This document shows positions 50,956 through 60,600 of a stretch of 64,000 nucleotides of DNA, in pieces. The notes beneath the pieces are model-generated. The model was not told the origin of the DNA. It did no database searches and saw only the letters and a list, made by a program, of their open reading frames with translations. The translations under genes and the position numbers were made by a program. The DNA lies in assembly GCF_964204645.1 (NCBI RefSeq), contig NC_134031.1:2852001-2916000 (forward strand), read 5' to 3'. This stretch comes from Tubulanus polymorphus (taxonomy: Eukaryota > Animalia > Nemertea). Every line of letters begins with the position of its first letter. Within the stretch, counting starts at the first letter, position 1.

Positions 50956-51728
50956 TTCGAGTATTTCCAGGACTAAATCTGACTCTTAAGGTGTTCAATT
51001 CAATGAATTTTTAGTCTATTACGTCGATAGATATTTCCAAGCCGTTCACTGAATATCAAACTCCGCACTTTTCCCGTTTTTTTTTCGTTGATTATTATCA
51101 CGAGTCGCACTCTCGTTTCAGCTGTGGTCTCATCGAACAATATGACAACTCATCGCCGGAAAGCTCGGTTAAAAGCGCCGATGAAAATGTTTTTTTCTGA
51201 TGCGCTTTCATTTGATAAACAAAGTAAAAACTCTCTCTTCTTGGTAACAACTTCTGATGACGCATTTTCAGTTTTTGCCAAAATCATATTCTATATGATT
51301 CGTTTTACAAATTGATTCATCGTCAAATCGTTTTTATCGCGAGCAAACAAGCGAATTATGAATACACGAATATTTGATTTGCGATGAAAATTGTTTTCAT
51401 AAATAACTAAATCACCGCATTCGTTATTCCCCTTTGACGAATCTCCGCAACAAAGATAAACAAAAAAATGAAACATTATTTTGATATTATGATTGAACGT
51501 CTAACGTGTTATTGTCGATGATAACAAATACAAAGGAGCAAAAATGGAGTAAAATGAGAGAAAATGATAAACGACTATAATAATAGACTCACGGAGCGGT
51601 GCATATATGGTAATCCGAGAGATTGGACTGAAAAATATGATGTAAAAGTACCGTAAACATTGACCAGTCCTTATGACAAGGCGATTGAACAATTAGTTAC
51701 AACTATTTAGAATTACTGATTATAATTG

Positions 51729-51923
51729 AATAGAGAATCCCACGGACTGAAATGATGAAAGATGAATTCCAAAACGTTTCCTCATAGCTAATAATTTATT
51801 GATTCGACGTTTCCACTATAACCTATAATTCATCTTCAGAAATAAATTCTTATTCATTAATTAATAGTTTAAAGGAATATTTTCGGACTTCATCTTTCTC
51901 GTTAAAAGCGCGGATTCTCTATT
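51729..51923. repeat. Inverted-repeat family (ends ATAGAGAATCC.../...GGATTCTCTAT), probably a Penelope-like terminal remnant; related copies ~13575-13695 and ~53783-53922
   Basis: Shared TTTTCGGACTTCATCTTTCTCG block and degenerate (C/T)TGAAGA...GAAACGTC motif. Confidence 0.5.
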
Positions 51924-51985
51924 TCTCGCCACAGCACGGACATACTGTTTCTTCAATGGTTACTGATTATAATCGTTTACAGATT

Positions 51986-52987
51986 TCACTTCTGCTCGTC
52001 TATGTCCTCCATGGGGCAGCACACATTATTCAGTTCCTTGCGGAATTTCCGCCCCGTTAAACAATACAGCCAGAAATTTACGGCATAATTTGAAACCGCC
52101 AACAACGTCAAAAACGAGTCCGCGATGACGTCATCGGTAACGGGTAGAAGCAGATAGATAGCCAACGGAAATGACGTCACGAGAAACACGAAATTTGTCG
52201 TCAGCAACATTCGCGTAATGCTGGTCAGTTGCTGCTTCCGGTTATCAGTCGCGCTCGCGGCCATCTTAGATTGGCTGCTTTGTGAACGGCGAATGAAGAT
52301 TATAATGACAATATTGCAGACGAACAGCGCCAGAAATGGGACAATGGAGGCGATAGCGAGGTCAACGTGTACCCAATAGTTATACCAGAAATTCTCGTAC
52401 GATTCGTCCCGTTCCCGACATCGGTACGTTATTCGCAGGCCGTAAAGAATATGCGAGTTAGCCAATAGAATTAGGCCGATGGTCAGCAGAGAAGCGTAGA
52501 TCATTCGTTTTCGGGAACAGATTATTTTAGCGCGCATCGGAGCGACGACCGATACGCATCTTTCGAACGTGATCAGAATCAACATCCAAGGCGACAGTTG
52601 CGAGAAAACGCTGGTCAAATACGAATATAAAGCGCAGATGAACCAATGTTCTACTAGGAAATCGTAGCGATAGTCGTAGAAATAGATCACCCATCTTCTG
52701 AGGAGTCCCGTACAGAGATATCCCGAATCGCTGACCGCTAAACAGGTGAACAACCACGAGTAGGATGTATTACGTAAACCCTTACGGTTGAAGACGACAA
52801 TCGTTAAAGTATTCCCGATTACTCCCAGTATGATGACGAACGGCGCTCCGTAAATAATTATTTGATGTGAAATGATTTCGCGTAGGGTTCCATTCACGCT
52901 CATCGGTGGACCCGTGACGATGTTCTCCCTTTCAAAATCACCCGATGTTTGGGATTCCGAGAGGGTTGTATCGTTTCCGCTTTGCAT
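51986..52987 (-). CDS. Class A orphan GPCR, copy 5 (second subfamily)
   Basis: GVIGN, LAVSD, ERC, NYAVNFWLY; N-glycosylation sequons in the N-terminus. Confidence 0.9.
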   Translation of the reverse strand: MQSGNDTTLSESQTSGDFERENIVTGPPMSVNGTLREIISHQIIIYGAPFVIILGVIGNTLTIVVFNRKGLRNTSYSWLFTCLAVSDSGYLCTGLLRRWVIYFYDYRYDFLVEHWFICALYSYLTSVFSQLSPWMLILITFERCVSVVAPMRAKIICSRKRMIYASLLTIGLILLANSHILYGLRITYRCRERDESYENFWYNYWVHVDLAIASIVPFLALFVCNIVIIIFIRRSQSSQSKMAASATDNRKQQLTSITRMLLTTNFVFLVTSFPLAIYLLLPVTDDVIADSFLTLLAVSNYAVNFWLYCLTGRKFRKELNNVCCPMEDIDEQK

Positions 52988-54060
52988 CTTGTGTATTCGC
53001 CTATACGTGAAATAAAGATATCAAATCAGTATACAATACTCAATTTCTCTCCCTCAATCTATGGAAACATGTCAGAATAAGATCCATTTCTCCTGGGTAC
53101 AGCGTCACAAAAATGATTCAAGCCTAAATCGATTCAAGACGATCTGAATTGATAAAGATATTTGATCGTATTAAGAATCAATCCTCTTGTGAAACTGAAC
53201 CCTGAAGTAAACGGCTGCATTATCGAACTTACCTGTATTGTCAGTGTTTTCCTGATTTTTGTTACTGTTTATCGTGGACTATCAACAACTGATCAACGCC
53301 TCTTGAACGTTTCATTCTTTTATACTATTTCCCATGTTTAACGCGACTCTCAAACGATAGATTCTAATTCATTTACTCGGTATAAAACGATTAAGTTTCG
53401 ATTGGTTACGAGCATCTTATTACACTATCAATTTAATCATAACTGAAAATGATGACGATTGTTTCCGATGTAGTTCGTTTTCGGTGATTTAGAATAATAA
53501 ATTACCCGACTATAAGTTATTACTTCACAATAATATTTCATTCAATCCCTACATTTGCTATTTGCTTTCGTCGTGCATTATTCACGGTTGGTTTTTTTTA
53601 ACCAAAGACAATCATTTCATTGTATCTCTAACTGCGTCTAATGTAATACAAATTAAGATAAACAACCGCTCTTGATACGGATGGGTATATATGAACGTTT
53701 AAAAGATGTTAAAAAGCGTTTTTTTCAAATACAAAATTATTGCAACCATTAGTAAAACACTCAGTCCGTGCTGCGATGATAATATAGAGAATCCCACACC
53801 ATAATTAAAAGGATAAAGTCCGAAATGTTTCCTTTGAGCTAATAGTTTTTTCATTTCGACCACATATCTCCTAATAATCATCTCCAGGAATACTGACTTT
53901 ATTTTCATCTGGGATTCTCTATTGACATATGTAATTATGTAAGTATTTTTAGAACAAATTTTAGAATGAGCATAATAATCTAGAATGGTTACACTACAAC
54001 AACGTTTATCGATGTTTGAGATTGGAAAATATTTCGACGCATCGAGTCGCCTGAACGGAT

Positions 54061-55161
54061 TCAGAAACGACATTCGCTGTTAGAAGATGACGTTGCCACC
54101 GATGTAGCGATCGACTGCGACGACAAGCTTCGTCGTTGCTGAGTCGCCGTTTTCTTCGGGCGACATCGGCACAATTCGTACAACTCCGTACGGAAACGCC
54201 GACCGGTGAAACAGTACAGCCAGAAATTGATGGCGTAATTCACGTAGGACAACAAACTGAAGCAGGCGTCGACCAGTTTATGTTCGAACGTCGGTAACAG
54301 TAGATAAACGCTGAACGGAAGGCTGGTGAACACGAACATGAAATTCGTCGCTACCAACATTACAGTGATGCTTTCCGTTTGATTTTGCTTTCTCGTTTTA
54401 GTAGAAGCGCCGCCGCCGCTGCTGCCCGAGCTCGTGGCGGTGTTGGTCATCGCCGCCTGCCGCATTTGAGATCGCTTGATCGATATAATGATGACCGCGT
54501 TGCACAATAGGAGTATCATAAACGGTCCGAGAGTGGTTAGAAACAGCTCGACGTGAACCCAATAATCGAACCAAAAATCGCTGTAGTCGTCGTCTTTTTC
54601 TTCGCAGCCGAACGGCAAAACGATTCGAATTCCGTAAAGCATGTGTGAATTGGCTAATAAGATTATCAGGGTCATCAAGATCGAAGCGTAGATCATTCGT
54701 TTTCGGGAACAGATTATTTTAGCGCGCATCGGAGCGACGACCGATACACATCTTTCGATCGTGATCAGAATCAACATCCAAGGCGACAGTTGCGAGAAAA
54801 CGTACGTCAGGAAATAATGCAAAGTGCAGACGAACCAATGCCACATGCGGAAGTCGTAATTACGGTAGAACACGACCCATCTTCTGACGAGTCCCGTACA
54901 GAGATATCCCGAATCGCTGACCGCTAAACAAGTGAACAACCACGAGTAGGATGTATTACGTAAACTCTTACGGTTGAAGATGACAACCGTTAAAGTATTC
55001 CCGATTATTCCGAGTAACAAGATGAACGGCGCTCCGTAAACGAATACCGACTTGGCGATCAGGGTGTATCTGATAACCTCGCGTGGAAGTACCGAATCGT
55101 CGCTAAAATTTGATTCGAAATTGTCGAGGATGGTCGACTGTAGGCTTGACGGCGTGGGCAT
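54061..55161 (-). CDS. Class A orphan GPCR, copy 6 (second subfamily; likely ATG at 55161)
   Basis: GIIGN, LAVSD, ERC, NYAINFWLY; Ser-rich C-tail. Confidence 0.9.
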   Translation of the reverse strand: MPTPSSLQSTILDNFESNFSDDSVLPREVIRYTLIAKSVFVYGAPFILLLGIIGNTLTVVIFNRKSLRNTSYSWLFTCLAVSDSGYLCTGLVRRWVVFYRNYDFRMWHWFVCTLHYFLTYVFSQLSPWMLILITIERCVSVVAPMRAKIICSRKRMIYASILMTLIILLANSHMLYGIRIVLPFGCEEKDDDYSDFWFDYWVHVELFLTTLGPFMILLLCNAVIIISIKRSQMRQAAMTNTATSSGSSGGGASTKTRKQNQTESITVMLVATNFMFVFTSLPFSVYLLLPTFEHKLVDACFSLLSYVNYAINFWLYCFTGRRFRTELYELCRCRPKKTATQQRRSLSSQSIATSVATSSSNSECRF

Positions 55162-55852
55162 CGCAGTGACCGAGCTAAAGGAAGAAATCTTCAATTAGAA
55201 TACGAATGTTTCAAATTTACCGAATATCTATTTGAAATACTCAATGGGTCCTGATTGATGTATCCATTATAACGGGTGTGTTTCGAAAAGATGGAAATTA
55301 TATTGCGCCCTCTCCCCGACCCTACTGGTTAAACCCTTTCAGGAAAAAAATTGAGGTTGATCTCAAAAATTCGAACGAACATACCTTCTATTTGAAATAT
55401 ATCAAAGAATTTCTTACGCAGCATTTAGTTTCGTTCTCATCCAGTCGTGATACTGAATTAGCGCGGTGAAGTAACCAACTGATATCATGAACAAGAAAGG
55501 AAACAAAAGCTCTGGAAACTGGTGCTCGATGATTGATGGGGCACCGCATTGACATATTGAGAGAGTGATTAACCGGACACTTGTCGGCGGTGGTGTGGTA
55601 ATTGTTTTCCCTGCGTTCGCGGTACTAATTCAATAAAAAAAACAAACCATACATCATTTTCCAATTGTGAAAACGACAAATCTGACGCAACGCCCTGTTT
55701 TGTTTTTGGTTTCAATATTGGCAATAATTCGTTGATGAATTACATCCGCTCTGATGTTTCAACTTCTGATTTAGACTGGGTGTGGTTCCCGTGCAGAGTT
55801 TTGTATCAGATAAAGTCGAAATTGTTAACATCTAGTCCGTTGATCGGAAAAT

Positions 55853-55950
55853 CTCGCGTGGAAGCGCCAAATCGTCGCTTAAATTTGAATTGAAGTTGTC
55901 GATGATGGTCGACTGTAGGCTTGATGGTGGGTGGACATCGCAGTGACCGA
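55853..55950 (-). pseudogene. Truncated duplicate of the 5' coding end of GPCR copy 6
   Basis: ~98 bp aligns to 55078-55172 (CTCGCGTGGAAG...GATGGTCGACTGTAGGCTTGA...CATCGCAGTGACCGA) with an indel. Confidence 0.75.
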
Positions 55951-56309
55951 ACTCAACAAGTGAAAATACAAAAAGCGATCTTACCCAGAGACATATTGAT
56001 TCATATAGGCCTGCAGATGTATGAAGATATGGAAGATGATTTTTGATTCAAACAGAATAATTCATTTGTGAAGAAATGTTCAGCCAGCTGATTTGCTTGA
56101 AATCAATATCGTCGTCGGCTTCGACATTTTTTCACATCGAACACGCGCCGTTTTGACATCCTAACACTTCTTCGTGATATCAATATTTTTTTAAATCATA
56201 CTTAAGCACCTGCACCGCTTTCTGCGTGTTGGTACCACACCTGTCTGCCCTATCATTAATCGTCTGAACATTATTCCTACAACATCATAACCCTCTTTCT
56301 CGCTTGACG

Positions 56310-57075
56310 ATGGAGGTATCTTCGACGAAAATCGTGTTTGCCGTTTTACGGTCGCTTGCGCTTTTCGCAATTCTCGGAATACAAGGTAAGTAGTACACTT
56401 TCCGAAGACTTGCCGTCTTCGCAAATGCAAGTCCACCAGAGAGAATTCCTACCCATAATTAACGCAAGTTAAGTCAAATTCACAATTTCTTACATTTATT
56501 CATTTATTCATATATAGTTTTGTTTACTGCTTATTGTTTATCTTGCTTCGCGTCGTATTTTGTAGTTTCGAGAGGTTGCAGCAGTCACGAGGAGATAAAA
56601 AAGAATCTCACGGTTGTGAAGGCAGCTTTTAAAACGGGAGCTGAGATATGTAAGACAGATGGGGAAGAGAATTTCAATTGTACTGTTTCTACAACAGCGT
56701 GTGTATCTGCTCGGAAAGTGGGACTCACTGGTGACAGTTTAGCCACATGTAAACGTACCTACATCGAAGTGTATTCCAGAATTTCCAATTGTTCGCAGAG
56801 CGAAAAATGTGAGAAGTGGAATTGCGTAAATAATATTTCCTTCGAGAAAAAAAGTGAATTCGGTGAGTTACTTTCAAGCCAAACCATCAATTCTGTGCCG
56901 GCTTAACACCCATAACCATTTTTGGAAGCCTTACAGGTTTACGATGTTATCGACACAAAGAATATTATGGTTTCTTGTTTTTCTAGGGTTTTCAGGAAAG
57001 AACGTTGACGAGGTTTCATGCAGCATGGTGTCGGTTTTCAAGGAAGGATTCCGTGTGAATCTTCCGAATTGCTAA
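56310..57075 (+). CDS. Secreted cysteine-rich protein, 153 aa, 3 exons (56310-56385, 56566-56862, 56987-57075)
   Basis: Exon 1 encodes a signal-peptide-like MEVSSTKIVFAVLRSLALFAILGIQ. Two phase-1 GT-AG introns keep the frame. 10 Cys in the mature part; AATAAA at 57101 and ~57118. Confidence 0.75.
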
Positions 57076-57491
57076 ACACTTATAGAATCCGGTAAAGTCA
57101 AATAAAACAAGTAATTCAATAAAATGGATAAAAGGGTATTTGAATCACTTCATATGAGTTTATAATCCCGTTGGTTCTTCTGTTAAAATAAGTTTGCGAT
57201 AATTGAAGTTACAAAAATTATATCGTACGGTGTGTAACAATTCCACGTTTCAAAATAGTCAAGAAAAATAGTTTATTCGTGTATTGTTCACATAAAATCT
57301 TGTTAGGACTGCAGGAAATAAAAAAAAGAGTACCGGTAGTGGAACGAATAAGACCGGAAAAGATCGAAAAAGAACAAAAATACTCAAGGAAACACGATCG
57401 AAGACGGCCGGGTGTCTGACGCGCGCTCGTAAAAACAGGCATCAGTCGACTTAAATCCGCGTCCACATTTTCTACATAACCAAAACCGCTT

Positions 57492-57500
57492 CGCGGGAAA
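57492..57500 (-). promoter_or_regulatory. E2F site (TTTCCCGCG) upstream of DNMT1
   Basis: Canonical E2F motif ~110 bp before the DNMT1 ATG; DNMT1 is an established E2F target in vertebrates. Confidence 0.55.
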
Positions 57501-57607
57501 ATCATTTCCGGGTTGTAGTTTTTGGGTTAGAAGTTTTTAGTTTTTTCGTTCTAATTTCCATATTTTACCACTTTCGAAACGTATTTCTAATACGACCCGT
57601 GTCTAAA

Positions 57608-60600
57608 ATGCCAGCTGCAGTGAACACTAGTCAATTTATGTCGGATCAACTAAAGAAAAGGTCGGTTTGATCAGTTTTTTAGTCGGATTTCCCGGTTCCT
57701 GGATTAAAGTTAAATCAATTTTTATTGAGACATCGAACTGCGTATTAAATTCTTTACATATATTCTGTCGTAGGTTGGAAGATTTAGATTCTGAACTTGA
57801 AGACGGAGATCTAACTGAGAAGGTGATTAATTTTCCTAATTTTTCAACTGAACCTATCCAAATACATTTTTGATTATCGATATGGTGATATTTGATATGA
57901 ATATTGTCATAATTTGTTGGATGAATATATTTTTACTTAGATAAGGATAAACCAAGTTCAGTGAACTTGTCATGATTTGGATGACCATGTTTTTAGATTA
58001 GAAGTTAAAGCAAGTTTTGTGATCTAAGACTAACATATGTTTTTTAAGGATCAATTTTTCATTCTCAAGATCACCCATTTTTCTGCCAATAGGGTTATTG
58101 GAAAAAGAAATATTCTTTGCTTGAACCAGTTTTATCGAACGAGGGAAAAAATAAACTCGCCGAATTGAAGAAGAAAAAAGATGAAGATGTAATCACCGAG
58201 GTTTGTTTCTTAATCTTAAGGTACCTTAAATCATAGTTTACCAAGATGCCAATGACGTAAAGTAAAATATACAAATAATTATCATGAAAATCAGGTTCAA
58301 ATCCCTGTGAGGGAAGATAGAATATTGGTCTGCTTGGACAGGCTGTGGTATTATGATAGTCCAGTGGCGCCATTAAGTTCGTATTCCACCTGTTCGCCAA
58401 GATTTCCATCGACAAATAATTTTATAAGATATTTTTGCAGAAAAGCTATTTCACGGAACTTCAAGAAATATTTGAATCATGCGTGAACAAGGCTAACGAT
58501 CGTTGCGAGCAAATATCTGAGCAAAACGGAACTGCGTCCGTGGATAAAGAAAATGATAAATCTTATGAAAATGGGGCAGGTACGTGTGATAGTCATGTAC
58601 TCAACCGGTCTCAAATGTTTTGCATGCAGATCATTGATGAAACACTTGTGATTATGAAAAAAGAAGTCTTCAGCATTCCTAAAGATAACTATTAGGATGT
58701 AGTTTAAATGTCAATTAAACTCAAGGAAACATTTTTGCACAGTATTTTTCATTGTGTGGGATTGTCTTATGAACTGTTTACTGTTATCTGGGACTCAAAA
58801 TCCCATCTATTAAACAAAAGTGACACTAGATTGAGGAGACGAATATCTTATAGTCTATATGAAAATACGTTACGCAATGCACATACACATTGATAACCAG
58901 CTGGGTCAATTCAACGAAAAAAAAAAAATTTTAATGAAAAAATTACGGCGGACAATTTTCTGTCATTAAAAGTAGCGAGAGGAATTCAGTGTTATAAAAG
59001 TTGATTTATTGAATTTTCGTAATTTTCATCAGCGTCGAACGGAAGTGGAGATCACGTGAATGATACGTCGATGGAGGTTGCGGAAGATGAGAAGCTGAAA
59101 ACGACGAAAAAGAAAGCTAAAAAATCTAGAAAAACCGACGAAGAAGGTATCGGATTATTTGGAGATTCATTGTACGATTAATAGGTGCTGTTTGTTAACA
59201 TTTTAATGCTCGAGAGATTCGTTCTTTTCGTAGAACCGCGTAAATCAAGATCACGTAACTCACTAAAGTCACCACCGAGTCAACCAAGTATTTCATCATT
59301 CTTTCAAAAAACGTAAGTACATAAATTGAACATTTCTATTAAATGGTATAAACTGTAAACAAAACAGTGACATTCCTGCATGGTACTTGTCTGTGTAAAC
59401 ATCAAGGATTTCTTATCCTGTTTTTCAGGCCGAAACGCAAGGCAGAAGAAGAAACTGAAGTAAAACAAAAAGAAAAACGCAGCAAATCAACAGCGACAGA
59501 TGATGGAGGAAATGAGGAAAAAAGGTACCGCGAGTTGTGAAAAGTCTTAGTTTTTGTTTTCGATCAAACATAAGTTCTTAGTTCTTATTCAGGGGGCAAC
59601 GAACCTGGAAAACTCATGGAATCAGAAAAATCTAGAAAAAATCAGGGAATTCGACAAATTTTACCAAAAACCTGGAGAACCCGGGGAATTCGGATAATGC
59701 TATTGATCATGTGTTTAAATTTGGTAGTATGTGATTCAATGAAAAATTAATGGATTGTAACATTTTATTTAAACTTAGAAATTTCTCTGATTCACGCCAA
59801 GAATTTTGTATGGAATAATCAATGAAAACTCAGGGAATTCAAAAATGGGTGAAAATGGCCGCCTTGTTATCTGAATATAGATCAGATCATCATAGATTGT
59901 GAACAGTTCGTCTGTAGTATTGTCTTACGTATTGTTCTAGTGAAGAGAAGACTGAAAGCGTTCCACTGGCGTCGATCACTAAAGATGCCCCGATTCGATG
60001 TCGCGAATGTCGTCAGTTGTTGGACGACCCGGATCTGAAAATATACATCGGCGATCCTGACGATTCGGTGAGTTTTCCAAACCACTGAACACCCCTGAAA
60101 GTGATACTACAGTAGACTCGGTTTACCCCTGGGTTGATTGCCTTGGATTATCGCGCGCTGTGACAATATACCACCCGTTTAAAAAAAAAATGAAAATGAC
60201 CCTCAAATTTGGTGATCATACCCTCAAAAGCCCCTCAAATGCCCCTAAAATTTCATATTGATGGTCCTGTTGATGGTCCTATCGATGGTCCTGTAGGAAC
60301 CCTGAAATGTCCAGTATTACAAATTTTCTTCAATTCATCATGATAACGACCCATCCTAGTGTTCACTGACCTCGGTGAGAAGTATTGGTCCCTTACTCTT
60401 ACAGTCTATGATGTTCAATGAATTTAGTTGTTATCGTCGTTGAACTGAGTTCGTGATGTATTTTTTTTTCAGGTCGATGAATTTATAGCTCTGTGCGACC
60501 CGAAATTGTCGTTATTCACAGGAGACGAGGAGGAAATCCACGACGGAGACGAACGACCTCAACATAAAATCACTAACTTCACGTACGTTCAATATGTGTA

